Of a stretch of 64,000 nt of DNA, positions 1-12,334 are shown piece after piece; positions within the stretch are counted from its first letter, which is position 1; every line of letters starts with the position of its first letter. The notes under the pieces are model-generated. The model ran no database searches. It saw only the letters and a program-made list of their open reading frames with translations, and was not told the origin of the DNA. Both the position numbers and the translations under genes were made by a program. The DNA comes from Octopus vulgaris (taxonomy: Eukaryota), in NCBI GenBank assembly GCA_951406725.2, contig OX597826.1, positions 11,036,001-11,100,000 of the forward strand, given 5' to 3'.

Positions 1-198
1 ATGCTCTCTGTTTCATTCAAATAATTTTAAATATAACAAAGAATTTAGTAAAAGAGCTTAGTTATCATTAAGCAAGTGTTAGGAACATAAATGTCGACTA
101 AGGTTTGGTGGAAGATTTTAATTCAAAACTTTTGAAAACAAGACATTTGTACTCGGAGCCAGAGCCGGTTTCAGCTGGGTTGGTAACGAAAGGGTTAA
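1..198. mobile_element. Right end of piggyBac-like non-autonomous element
   Basis: Ends ...GGTAACGAAAGGG|TTAA; similar terminus GGTATCAAAAGGGTTAA at ~6740-6755. Confidence 0.45.
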
Positions 199-439
199 CT
201 ATATTTGGAATATTAAGGATAATGTTGATGTATATACAGGGTTTTAATGAGTTTTGTAAGGTGATATGGTAATTTAAAAAAGTGATGATTAGATATTCAG
301 AAAATCCAGTTATCCAACAACCTTCAGGTTCCAGTCGTGCCAGATAGGAGGGAGTTTACTGTATTTACTTCTGGTTTTTAAGATTCTCAGTTAAAATTTT
401 GATTAACCAAAAATTAACCCTATCTAAGCACCCTTTCTT

Positions 440-800
440 TTATCTTTAGCTTGTTTCTCTCGTAAGACTGCAGCCATGCTGGGGCACTGTCTTGAAGAAT
501 TTTCAGTTGAATGATTCGATCCCAGTGCTTATTTTTATTCCATTGATCTCTTTTGCCGAACGGCTAAGTTATGGGGATGTAAACACACCAACACTGGTCG
601 TCAAGCAGTGGTTGGGGACAAACATGGATATAAAGACACACACACACACATACAGTTTCCATCTACCAAATTCATTCATAAAGCATTGGTAAGACTGGTG
701 CTATTGTAGAAGACACTTGCTGAAGTTGCTGTGCAGTGGGATTGAACTGAAAACCACATGGTTGCAAAGTTAGCTTCTTAACCACACAGCTATGCCCGCA
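440..800 (-). mobile_element. tRNA-derived SINE family A, diverged copy
   Basis: Matches full copies at 18799-19210 and 36340-36743. Confidence 0.8.
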
Positions 801-868
801 TTTTGCTTGGCTGGTTTGACAGGATCTGATAACTTGGAGGACTGTATTGTGCAAGTGTGGGTGGGTGT

Positions 869-1000
869 CAGTGGTTCCCAATCTGGGGTTCCGCAGAGGT
901 GTAGTACCTGCGGTTCCGCAGAGGTGTAGTACCTGGGGTCTGTGGGAAGACTCATTTAAATAAAAGAGGTCCTTGGTAGTGAAAAGGTTGAGCACTACAG
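869..1000. mobile_element. hAT/Charlie-like MITE
   Basis: CAGTGGTTCCCAA ... TTGAGCACTACAG degenerate TIRs, imperfect 8-bp TSD gtgggtgt/gtgtgtat, internal 23-bp tandem duplication. Confidence 0.5.
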
Positions 1001-1169
1001 GTGTGTATGAAGAGTGAGATAGATGGGTGGAAGTAATTATGATGAGGATTTTTGAAATACATAAAAATTATTGAGTATTAGTTATCTCCCTTTGTTTTTT
1101 TTATTTTTTTGTTAGTTCAAATCCTACAGGAGATGACTTTTGCGTTTTGTTCTGCTGAGGTCTTTCAAA

Positions 1170-1542
1170 TCTCTCTCTATATAAACGGCAAAATGTCTGT
1201 CTGTGTGTATGTCCTTTATACAAATCCACAATTTTTCAGCTAGAGGGCTCGCACTTTCTATGGTCATTCAAAACCGTCCAAGGGTGGTCATGCACATCTT
1301 TACATTTCCCCAGTCACCCAGCAAAGCCATTAAAAAATCAATAGAAGTGACATTTTTTTGTGAATTTTCTATCCAAAACCCAATCAAAATACCTGAAACT
1401 TGATACGCCAATTGAATGCCAGCAAGCTGTATGTGATTGGTCGGAGAATAGGACAGTACTCGCATGTATGTGCGCACGCACGCACGCAGCTGTATATGCA
1501 TGCACAAGCACTATGACCCGGCAACGCCGGGTCATAGGCTAG
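1170..1542 (+). mobile_element. Non-autonomous Helitron
   Basis: A|TC 5' start, 12-bp subterminal hairpin CTATGACCCGGC-AAC-GCCGGGTCATAG (1511-1537), CTAG|T end. Confidence 0.85.
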
Positions 1543-1771
1543 TGTACAGTTTAAAAAATGGAGTAAATTGGTTGAGAGGAGTAGAGAAAAAAAGTCTAAT
1601 ATATTGAAGCCAAGCTCTTTGTCAGAGAGTGTGATGATGCTATTCTGATGGTACCACACGAAGTATCTTCCTTTGTCTATAAAACTCATAATTATGCCAA
1701 TATGTGTGAAGTCATAATTATTTTCTTTTGCGACACTCCATGACTGATTGATCCTTTTATTCTTTTGACAG

Positions 1772-1852
1772 CTACTGATCGGATCCTACCGTGCTGGCTA
1801 CAACTACCTTTGTCAGCCTGTTTCATACAGCCTTGATCCAAACGAGATGAGA
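1772..1852 (+). CDS. elovl4: ELOVL4-like fatty acid elongase, internal exon (LLIGSYRAGYNYLCQPVSYSLDPNEMR)
   Basis: Acceptor ttttgacAG at 1770-1771, donor GTAAGT at 1853; 81 nt open frame resembling vertebrate ELOVL4 [24 protein letters not shown]; absent from the ORF track (too short). Confidence 0.92.
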
Positions 1853-2089
1853 GTAAGTATGACTTTTATGTTTTCTCATAAAATGTTTTTTAAAAATTTA
1901 TGAGTTTTAAATTTATGATCTTTGAATTGATATTTTATATAGAGGCGCAGGTGGGGCTGTGTGGTAAGAAGCTTGCTTCTCAACCACATGATTCTAGGTT
2001 CAGTCTCACTGCATGGCACCTTGGATGCTTGAGTGGATTTGGTTGACAGGAACTGAAAGAAGTCTGTTGTATATATATATATGTGTGTG

Positions 2090-2565
2090 CAAGCTGGCAG
2101 AAACGTTAGCACACCGGGTGAAATGCACTGAGGTCGATATAATCGACTTAATCCGTTTGTCTGTCCTTGTTTGTCCCCTCTGTGTTTAGCCCCTTGTGGG
2201 TAGTAAAGAAATAGGTAATTCTTCTGCCGTTACGTTCTGAGTTCAAATTCCGCCGAGGTTGACTTTGCCTTTCATCCTTTCGGGGTCGATTAAATAAGTA
2301 CCAGTTACGCACTGGTGTCGATATAATCGACTTAATCCGTTTGTCTGTCCTTGTTTCTCCTCTCTGTGTTTAACCCCTTGTGGGTAGTCTGCCGTTACGT
2401 TCTGTGTTCAAATTCCGCCGAGGTCGACTTTGCCTTTCAGCATTTTGGGGTCGATAAATTAAGTACCAGTTATGTACTGGAGTTGATATAATCGACTTAA
2501 TCCGTTTGTCTGTCCTTGTTTGTCCTCTGTGTTTAGCCCCTCGTGGGTAGTAAAGAAATAGGTTT
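2090..2565 (+). mobile_element. SINE family B, multimeric copy (follows a family A head at ~1941-2085)
   Basis: GCTGGCAGAAACGTTAGCAC head, GAGTTCAAATTCC B-box, repeated GCCTTTCATCCTTTCGGGGTCGAT body. Confidence 0.85.
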
Positions 2566-2819
2566 ATAGGAGTGTATGGTATGTGTTGGTGTTTGTGTCT
2601 CTTTGTCATGATATCATATGATACTCACAAAAGGGTGTCACTGATATGGAAACGATATCTTTCACTTCCCATGTTATAAAAGTATGCCTTGCTATGGGGA
2701 AATATTACCTTACTTTGAGTCAAGTGAAAGTTGGTAAGAAGAAGGCCATCACCCTGTAGAAAATCCACTTCAGTGAATTCTGTCTGACTCCTCAAGCATG
2801 GAAAAGTGAACATTATCTC

Positions 2820-3041
2820 TTTCCTATTCAGATTACTCTGTCAAACGTAATACCTGTTTATTCATGTTGTTCTGAATTAGTCATGCTTTGTCTCATAGCT
2901 TCAAGATATCAATGATGTGGTTGTTTACGTTTAGACTGGCATTGCAGGATAGGTGTAAGAAGCTGGACCTGGCCAGTTTGAACATAAACCAGGTAGAATA
3001 TTTTGGTCAGATATGGCTAGTTTAAATGCTGAAATGGTTAA
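2820..3041. mobile_element. piggyBac-like MITE, second copy at ~7925-8156
   Basis: Two related ~220-bp copies (ATTCAGATTACTCTGTCAAA...GTTTAAATGCTGAAATGGTTAA); second copy begins TTAACCTTTTAACATT. Confidence 0.55.
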
Positions 3042-3344
3042 AATGGTGATGACTACTTCACTGCATGACGTATTTGTGAATGAGCCAATGAGACTTATGC
3101 AGTTGCTCAGTTTGCTAGAAATAGCACTGAAACAAAAGGATCCCCTGTCTCCCTCCCCAGATTTCTACTTTGCCCTCAGTCCTAACCCCCATCTTTTCTT
3201 GCGCTGTCTCATGGCTTGAATTGTTTCCATGGATATTTGGAAACGAAAGACACCACTTGTATGACAACAACCACATGTTATCAAAGCAAGGACACATGAT
3301 ATCAAGACAAGGACACAAGGCTTAGGTTGACTTGGGGCTACAGT

Positions 3345-3683
3345 TTAGACCCCCTTCGGTCATGACTGACCATGGGATTGTACCTAGAAAGTTACCCTCC
3401 CTGGCACAAGTCCGGGCAAGGTTGTTTATGGAAGACCAGCAGTTGCCCATGCATACCGACCTCCCCTCTCCACGCCACCACGGTTATCCAAGGGAAAGGC
3501 AAAGGGGCCGATACAGCTTGGCACCTGTGACATCACAACTCATTTCTACAGCTGAGTGAACTGGAGCAACGTGAAATGAAGTGTCTTGCTCTAGAACACA
3601 ACATGCAGCCCGGTCCGGGATTCGAACTCACAACCTCATGATTGTAAGCTCGATGCTCTAACCACTGAGCCATGCACCTTCAC
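3345..3683 (-). mobile_element. tRNA-derived SINE (C2 head, tail v); second copy ~26372-26655
   Basis: A-box TGGCTCAGTGG and B-box GTTCGAATCC on minus strand; body shared with 18114-18375. Confidence 0.8.
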
Positions 3684-4528
3684 TACAGCAGAAGACTTCT
3701 TTTTCCCCACACATCCATGCTTGTGCTCTGCCGCCCACTGATAATCTTGATTGTATTACTACAGTGTTGAATCACTTTTGAGATGCGTCTGATTATTTGG
3801 TCAGGCGCCACTCTGCCTTCAGGTTCCCAATTTGTTTCTGTGTCTACAGATTCTGCTGAATGAATTGTCTTGTCAGTGTGGTCTGCTCTGTTCTGCTCTA
3901 ATTAGTGGGCGTCATTGTTACTGCATGGCCCAGACATTCTCAGAGATTGTTGCAGACACTGGTTGTTGGTTGGCCTACTTCTTTATTTTATCATTTTGGG
4001 ACAACTAAAGTTATGCAAATTGTCTGAAAAGATTAGATAGGATACTTAAAGCTGGAATGTCATTGAACATGAAATCTGATCTCAAGTCAGGAATCAAATA
4101 AATTCGTACCACTTGAGTGCATGATCATGTCATTGTCCCACATAAAAATAGCCGTGAAATAGAATGTTTCAATAATTTTTACTCATACTTTGAGGGACGT
4201 AGTAACCAGATTAAAATGGTGATTAGAATATTACTGAGCAATTACTATCATAAAATCCTCATATCTTCATTAGTTAATGCCCATTTTTCTTTGCTTGCAT
4301 GAGTCAGAGGGAATTTTATTCAGGCAGATTTTCTACAGCTGGATGCTCTTCCTGATGCTAACCCTCACCTGTTTCCAAATTAGTAATATTTCCCCAGGAC
4401 TAGACAAATTTTCAACAAAGATTGGAAATGAAAGATAGCGACATTCATTTACTACCATCATGTGATATCAAAACAAAGAGACAGTAACAAACATACACAC
4501 ACACATATATATAATTCATATATACATA

Positions 4529-4768
4529 CAGGGTTGGCCAAAAGTCACCGGACAGTAAATCAAAATTCCATAAATACTTAATATTCCATTTTATTTATTC
4601 ATTCCAATTATGAATGTTTAATAATTGAATGCTGTGAGTGAAAATCACCATTTTTTTTTTTCAAAATTTGTCTATTTATTAGCGAAATACCATTCAGTTG
4701 TTAAACATGAATAAATCTTGGAATTAAATGTTTTTGATTTACTGTCAGGTGACTTTTAGCCAACCCTG
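4529..4768. mobile_element. Tc1/mariner-like MITE
   Basis: ~37-bp TIRs CAGGGTTGGCCAAAAGTCACCGGACAGTAAATCAAAA / TTTTGATTTACTGTCAGGTGACTTTTAGCCAACCCTG flanked by TA on both sides. Confidence 0.9.
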
Positions 4769-4792
4769 TATATATATATATATATGTGTTCT

Positions 4793-4848
<56 letters not shown>

Positions 4849-4881
4849 ATTACGGTGAAAAATTGGATATTAATTTGATTA

Positions 4882-4932
<51 letters not shown>

Positions 4933-5059
4933 TGTGTACAGTGCTCAGGTGCACTACAACTCATCTAAAGTGTATATATAATCAGGTGTAGTTTCCATCA
5001 AATTAAAACCAGTGGTCGAGCATATTAAAAGCTGAAGGTTCAGTAAATTGTATTACATA

Positions 5060-5350
5060 CATATGAGAGGGATGACCACTATGTGGACAACCCTAATGCT
5101 AGAAGTAGATCTGCTATAGTCTTACCACTAAGAAATGTTCTCAAGAAAATTAAGCAAATGCCAGAACGTAAGCGAGTAAGACAAATGAAAAGTAACAAGA
5201 GTAACAAAAATATGTTACTTTTCATTTGTCTTACTCGCTTACGTTCTGGTGTTTGCTAAATTTTCTTGAGAACATTTCTTAGTGGTAAGACTATAGCGGA
5301 TCTATTTCTAGCATAAGAGTTGTCCACATAGTGGTCATCCCTCTCATATG
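5060..5350. repeat. Long near-perfect inverted repeat (138-bp arms, 15-nt spacer)
   Basis: 5060-5197 is the reverse complement of 5213-5350 with about 7 mismatches by eye. Confidence 0.95.
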
Positions 5351-5367
5351 TGTGTGTGTATATATAT

Positions 5368-5635
5368 CATCATCATCATCGTTTAATGATCGTTTTTCAT
5401 GCTAGCATGGGTTGGACGGTTCAACTGGGATCTGGGAAGCCAGGAAGCTGCACCAGGCTCCAGTCTGATCTGGCAGTGTTTCTACAGCTGGATGCCCTTC
5501 CTAACGCCAACCACTCCGTGAGTGTAGTGGGTGTTTTTTACGTGCCACTGGCACAGGTGCCAGGCGAGGCTGGCAATGACCACGATCGGTTGGTGCTTTT
5601 TACGTGCCACCGGCATGGAAGCCAGTCAAGGCTTA
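5368..5635 (-). mobile_element. RTE-type LINE/SINE 3' end with (GAT)n tail; related copies ~4265-4400, 10828-11060, 12503-12960
   Basis: Shared CATCATCGTTTAA...CTACAGCTGGATGCCCTTCCTAACGCCAACC sequence and trinucleotide tail. Confidence 0.65.
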
Positions 5636-5837
5636 TGTGACTTTGTGTGTACCGTTGGCAATTTTTTTTTCCCTCTGTCTTCCCTTCTCTGGATCTTTCC
5701 TTCTATGTTTCCAACGAAGAGCTCCGCTCGAAATGTTAAACCCTCCTTCTTCCCTTCTTTCCTGAGCGTCCAATAATACTATATTTGTTCCACGTCCTCG
5801 CGTTGTTGTGTTTTTTTTTGTGTTTTCTTGTTTGGAT

Positions 5838-5841
<4 letters not shown>
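5636..5841 (+). mobile_element. Penelope-like 3' end with mutated hammerhead (5707-5741)
   Basis: Near-identical to reverse complement of 63270-63469; core mutated to CCAACGA / GAAAT; ends in (TA)n. Confidence 0.7.
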
Positions 5842-5890
<49 letters not shown>

Positions 5891-6139
5891 ATGATTTTGG
5901 AGGGATATATTATCTGGATGGATACAGTATTATCTGTGAGTTCAGTTCCAGTTGATGGCTAACCACAACGTTCCGTATTCAACATTTGTTAGTCCTTCTG
6001 TGAATCTTTCAATTGGTAATTCCGTCTGCTAGACTGTAAAGTTTGTCTGGTGTATATATGAATATTGATGATAATAAAGAGTATGGAGAATTGTACATGC
6101 ACAAAAATTATTTTATAATTATATACAGCATATTGTAAT

Positions 6140-6223
6140 GACCTGCATGTGTTTCCGCTGCAGCGGATTTTCACTTTTGCAAATGCAGCCTTGCAGTAGT
6201 GTCAGTGCAGCTTCATCAGGGTC
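6140..6223 (-). ncRNA. Degenerate type-I hammerhead motif with long stem II
   Basis: GACC-CTGATGA-A-GCTGCA...TGCAGC-G-GAAAC-ACAT-GCA-GGTC on minus strand; U16.1 is C. Confidence 0.5.
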
Positions 6224-7043
6224 CGTGCATTTGGTCATTCTCCCATGACCCACCAGAATATCAGATGTTGTAACATTTCACTGGTCACTATGTGCTTTAC
6301 GTCATTTTAGCCTTTGAATGGTGTCACTTTGCTAGCAAGGCAAGCGGGCTAACATCCCACCCTGATCGAAAGGGATACTGGAGCAATGTGAAACGAAGGG
6401 TTTTGCTCAAAAACACAACATGCTGCCTGGTCTGGGAATCGAACCTACAATCTAGCGATTGTGAGTGCACTTTCACACACACACATACACACACAGCTTC
6501 TCTAATTTTTTACGTACCAAATCCACTTTGGTTCACCTGAGACTGTAGTAGAAGACATGGTGCCCCATGGTGGAAGTGAACTTGAAACCTGGTCCATAAC
6601 AGCCTGGCCTCTCTCTTTTGTCCTATCCAGCATGGGTATCCCCTCCCCTGCCAGGAGCTAGTGCTCCGTTAGCATAGCTTTCAAGGTCATTGAGGCACAC
6701 TATCCCCAGCATGGGTTGGATCTTGTGTCTGGTGGGTTGGTATCAAAAGGGTTAATGCAAGTAAGCCTTTGGTAAAATAAACATAAGACAACACGACAAA
6801 GTGAGACCTCTTAAATTACAAATTAAATTAGGATCCATCTGATAGGCTTCTGCACAGTTTCTAACTCCCCAACTTTACTCAGAAGGCTCAAGTCAAACAA
6901 AGGCTTTGGTAAATGACACTTGTTCAAGATATCATGCAATGGGATTGAACCCAGAACCTCAAGATTGTGAAGTGAACTTCTTAACCCTTTGTCCATGTTG
7001 CATCATACACAGGCTACATCAACTCTAAAGTTACTATATTTCC

Positions 7044-7277
7044 TATTTCTTCATTGCCCACAAGGGGCTAAACATAGAGGGGACAAACAAGGACAGACAA
7101 AGGGATTAAGTCGATTACATCGACCGCCGTGTGTAACTGGTACTTAATTCATTGACCCTGAAAGGATGAAAGGCAAAGTCGACCTCAGCAGAATTTGAAC
7201 TCAGAATGTAATGGCAAACGAAATACTGCTAAGCATTTTGCCCGGCGTGCTAACGGTTCTGCCAGCTCGCTGCCTTA
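7044..7277 (-). mobile_element. SINE family B monomer
   Basis: Full head, body and tail on minus strand. Confidence 0.85.
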
Positions 7278-8902
7278 CCATATTTACTAAATAGTTACTA
7301 TATTTCCTGTCAATGTTTTCTGACAAATTCAAATTACAACCTCCAGCTGTAGTGCTGGTTGCCTTATTAGGCCCAAATTTTTATGCTGGGTTGCAAGTAG
7401 TTATGACTGTTCCTCAAGGACTAAAAACTTTACCTGTCCTTGCTGTAACCATCATTAATAGCTTCTAAATTAGACAGGCCAGTGACAAAGCCCTCTTTAT
7501 AAACATTTGATATAATAGAAGTGATAGTGAAATCTTCTTCAAGTTAAATGGTTAAATTTAAGGCCAAGGTGGTGCTCCAGCATGGCTGTAGTCAAATGAG
7601 TTGGTGATTCCTAACTGCACCTGCACACAACAACCACTGCATAACAGAAAGTGCAGATATGAAATGGGGGATAAAAAAGGCTTGTCATCGGCCATGTCTT
7701 TTGAAATTGTTTTTTAACCCCAAGTCAGCCCTGACTTTGAAGACCTCTGATAAAGGACATTCCAGCTATGACCATCTCATTGTGTTATCTAGGACTACAT
7801 TAGCTAATGGGTCCTTTGCCTACTTAAAATGGCAGGGAGATTTGGCTGTGATTTCCAGCAGGTTAAATGAACATATAGAGGCTCCCTTTAGTACTATTCA
7901 GTACGTGGCTCACATTGTTATTGTTTAACCTTTTAACATTCAGATTACTCTGTCAAATGTATGTTTTCTTTATTCTCATTGTTTTACATTACTCATACAT
8001 TATTCATACCTTTGAGTTTCAATATTTCAGTGATCTGACTTTGTGTTTAGAATGACATCATAGGACAGGTGTAAGAGTCGAGTTCTGGCCAGTTTGAACA
8101 TGACACAAGGAGAATATTTAGATCAAATATGATCTGTTTAAATATTAAAAGATTAGCTCAGGTTACCTCTGATCCAGCAAACATCAGATTAAAGACACCC
8201 CAATTGTAATCATCCTCTCTGTTCTTGCAAGCACAGAGTATCCAAAGCTGTATTATCTGATCTGTTCTTCCTTCTTAAAAAAAAAAAAAAACACTCATTA
8301 AAAAGTGTGTGGTTTGAAAGATATTTAGCTGCTATTTCTCCTTTGTAGGTCAAACAACTGTATAACTGTCTTCTCTGAAACTGACCAGCTTGATGACTTA
8401 GTTGTCAGATTGTTAATTCATTTTGATAAATGAGACAACCAGATGGACAGTAGATAAATTGATGTTACTCAAGGAGCCTTGTTCAGTCAGCTCTTTGTTT
8501 TAAAATTGTGATATATGACTAAGAGAGAAATAAAGATTTGTAGTTTGTTGAAATAGAGAGAAAGCCAAGACTTTCTTTTTGCTGTTGCTATTATAGTGGG
8601 TGGTAAGTTCAATACCTGGCTCAGTTTCTATTAAATATTAAGTTAAATTCGTCTGTCTTTATGTTCTGAGTTCAAATTCTGCCGAGGCTGACTTTGCCTT
8701 TCATCCTTTCGGGGTCGATAAATTAAGTACCAGTTGTTTTACTTCTATTCCTGAGCGCCATACTAATACATTATTTGTTTGTACTCCACCTGCCTTCGTC
8801 TTTTGTTTATTTTCGTAAACCTGCCTTCGTCTTTTGTTTATTTTTGTAAACCTTCCCGTTATATATATATATATATACATCTGTGTTATTTATATTTTGC
8901 AG

Positions 8903-9074
8903 ATTGCCAAAGCAATATGGTGGTTTTATGTTTCCAAGCTGATAGAAATGCTTGACACAGTTTTCTTCATTTTGCGCCAAAAGAACGAACAGATAACATT
9001 TCTTCACGTCTACCATCACGTCACTATGTTCCCTATATGGTGGATTGGGACCAAATGGGTCGCTGGTGGCCAGT
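8903..9074 (+). CDS. elovl4: ELOVL4-like exon with KxxExxDT motif and histidine box ([57 protein letters not shown])
   Basis: ttttgcAG acceptor 8901-8902, GTAAGT donor at 9075, 172 nt ending in phase 1; [10 protein letters not shown] diagnostic of ELO family PUFA/VLCFA elongases. Confidence 0.97.
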
Positions 9075-10610
9075 GTAAGTATAACAGTCATTGAAAAGAC
9101 CGAAACAGTCATTGGGGCATATTATTAAATAGACACCCGTCTCTCCAACAATATTCTAAATGTGGGGCTGTATTTGATGCTATTTGTCCTAATACACTTC
9201 ACGTTGTATCCCTCTTCTTCCCCCTCCACCTCCTCCATTTGCCCCCTCTTATTCCTCCTCCTTTTCTGCTGCTTCTTCCTCTTCTTCCACTTCCTCTGTC
9301 TTCTCCTTTTCCTCCTCCTCCTTGGCATTGCTTGGAGAACTTCTTCTGGACTCTGTCCCACAGCAAACTTGTCATATAAACAAAACACATACACTATGTA
9401 TGTGCGACCAATAATGTTTACATTCCTAGAGCTGCTTTTAATTTGTAATATATATTATCATAATCCTTGAAAATGTGGGATTGTCACAGCACCCACTTCG
9501 GTATACAGTATACTGAGTAAAACCAGTAAAGACACGACTATCTCTGACCACCTTCTACATACTCTGGTTCTTCACGTACTTCACTTTACTTATAGTGACT
9601 AGGTTATTCCCTTCATCTCCCCTTTTAAGTTTTTCTTAGGAAGTGTCGTTTTATTTAGCAATAATTTCTTTTTATTCACCCCACCTTCCTTTTTTGAGTC
9701 TTTTTTTTTTCTGTACAATTTAATACTTTTGTGCATGGCATCTATTTTCAGGAACTCTATATGTTTTCTTTTCCCCTCACTTGTATGCCTAGGTTCTATC
9801 ATCTGCAGTGGTGTTCATACTTGGAATGTATCATACAACCATTCCATCAGTTCCTCCGACTTCTTTGGTTGGCTTTCCACAAATCTCTTTTTCAGTTGGT
9901 TCCTGTGTCTCTTTTGTATGCTCAAAGTCCTCCTCATAATCCTTTACTCCCGAAAGATACTCTGGGTCTACCACCACACAATGAATGTACTGACAATCTC
10001 CTAACTTCTGTTATATTCACTTTTATCGCTCTGTCCCATGAGCCTGTCTCAATATAAAGTTTTTCATTTTGTCTGTTGTATCAGATATAGCAGATCATTG
10101 ATTGTAAATCTAAATCAGCCGTTATAACACTGTGTAACAAAATTTAAATTTGTTTTTGTTATTTCCTAAATGTTATTTCCTATTTGCTTCTATCTAGAAA
10201 TCAATGGAAATGATTATTTTTCCCTTCAAACTTTGCTTTTGTTACCTGGACATCAATGTTTTGAAACCAACCTATTTTCCATTACATTTCAGACAGATTC
10301 AGTGCTGAGTTGCTGAAAGAGAATTTTCTTGAAATTTCTAAAAGTTTCAAGTATTTCTTGAACATTCTGGCAACATAGATGGTGGTATAAAATACCAAAG
10401 ATCAATAGTTCAGTTTACTTCTAGCTCTCCACATAGAAACACGTGGACGAAAGCAAAGTCTGAAGGAAATATTAGCCCTTTTTTCATACTTTTTAGGGAT
10501 AAACAAATAAGAAATAACCATTGTACCCAAAGACAAAAGTCATATTACACTGCTTAAACCTTTGCATAATTGTATATTGGTATTTAACTATTGTTTCTTT
10601 AATTTTGCAG

Positions 10611-10738
10611 CATTTTTAGGAGCATTACTGAACTCTTCTATTCACGTTATGATGTATTCCTATTACGGTCTATCTGCACTTGGTCCAGCAATGCAGAAAT
10701 ACCTCTGGTGGAAGCGCTATCTCACAATTGTGCAGCTG
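10611..10738 (+). CDS. elovl4: ELOVL4-like exon (SFLGALLNSSIHVMMYSYYGLSALGPAMQKYLWWKRYLTIVQL)
   Basis: ttttgcAG acceptor, GT donor at 10739, 128 nt; phase matches previous exon (T|CA=Ser); NSxIHVxMYxYY and KYLWWKRYLT motifs. Confidence 0.97.
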
Positions 10739-11124
10739 GTTTGTATATTATTTTATAAATTCTCCTATATTTTACCTTTGTCTTTTCTGTGACGTACAAT
10801 GAAGAGAATGATATAATTCTAACAGCTTCATCATCATCGATTTATGTCTGCCCTCCATGATGGTATGGGTTGGGCGGATTGACAGGAGCTGGCCAAACCG
10901 GAGCCTGCACCAGTCTTCTATTTCTGCCTTGGCAGAGTTGTTATGGCTGGATGCCCTTCCTAGCTCCAACCACCCAGCAGAGTGGACTGAGGGATTTTTA
11001 CGTGGCACCTCATCATCATTATTTATCTAATGTCTGTTTTCCATGCTGGTATGGGTTGGACCTGAGTTACGTAATGAAATGTGAGGTAATGTGATATATG
11101 TGTGTGTATGTTATGTATTTATGA

Positions 11125-11180
<56 letters not shown>

Positions 11181-11565
11181 ACTCTTTTACTCTTTTACTT
11201 GTTTCAGTCATTTGACTGCAGCCGTGCTGGAGCACCGCCTTTAGTCGAGCAAATCGACCCCAGGACTTATTCTTTGTAAGCCCAGTACTTATTCTATCGG
11301 TCTCTTTTGCCGAACCGCTAAGTGACGGAGACGTAAACACACCAGCATCGGTTGTCATGCTATGCTAGAGGGACAAACACAGACACACACATACATATAT
11401 ACGACAGGCTTCTTTCAGTTTCCGTTTACCAAATCCACTCACAAGGCTTTGGTCGGCCCGAGGCTATAGCAGAAGACACTTGCCCAAGATGCCATGCAGT
11501 GGGACTGAACCCGGAACCATGTGGTTGGTTAGCAAGCTACTTACCACACAGCCACTCCTGCACCT
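11181..11565 (-). mobile_element. SINE family A, full length
   Basis: AGGTGCAGGAGTGGCTGTGTGG head, internal (TA/TG) tract, (GTAAAAGA)n tail. Confidence 0.9.
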
Positions 11566-11794
11566 ATGAGAATATTTATTGATCACTACAATTGTTTCGA
11601 TTCATCTAGCATTAATTAGTTGTTTCATTGGTCATTCAGAAAATACACATCTACTTCTGTCAGTATTTATGTTTGTATTTATGACTGTACAACTGCTATA
11701 AGTATACCAGCCAGATCTAGTGAACAGCACAACAGAATCTGACTCTCCACCAAATGGTGTTGTGGCACTAGTAAGTAATAGGCAATAACTTTAT

Positions 11795-12334
11795 ATCATC
11801 TGAAAAAGATTTTCTAACTAGAAAGGGTATGGCCTGGTCAGCCTGTAATGATATGCATAAGATCTGGTCATCAAATCTAAGTAGAGACTTCAAACTTGAA
11901 ATCTTCAAGGCCACAGTCGAACCAATTCTACTATATGGCTCAGAAACCTGGACGTTATCAAAGAAGCTTGAGAGGCGGTTGGATGGAACTTACACTCGCC
12001 TCCTTATGAGAGCTCAAAATCTCACGTGGAAGCGTCATCCAACCAAAGTATAAATATATGGGAAATTACCACCTGTATCATCTCTTGTGAAAGGTAGGAG
12101 AGTCCAGTTTGCTGGACATTGTTGTAGAGCTGAAAACGAGGTAATTTCTACTCTTCTCCTCTGGAAGCCATCTGCTCACGATACCAGAGGGCGCACACTC
12201 TCTTACCCTGATGTAATCTCCAGGGATACAGGCATCCAGCAACAGGACCTCCGTAATGCTATGATGGACCTTGAAGTCTGGCGTAACATAGTAAATTCCA
12301 TTGTCTCGACCACGGTCGAACGATGATGATGATG
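11795..12334 (+). mobile_element. 5'-truncated RTE-clade LINE (C-terminal RT region, one in-frame stop)
   Basis: ATVEPILLYGSETWTL...RRVQFAGHC...REVW-like translation, (TGA)n tail, probable TSD ACTTTAT (11788-11794 / 12335-12341). Confidence 0.9.

Noticed and set aside
9600-10060. Purine-rich minus-strand reading frames in an elovl4 intron
   Set aside because: Interrupted by stops, no recognisable motif or splice pattern; likely an old retroelement fragment
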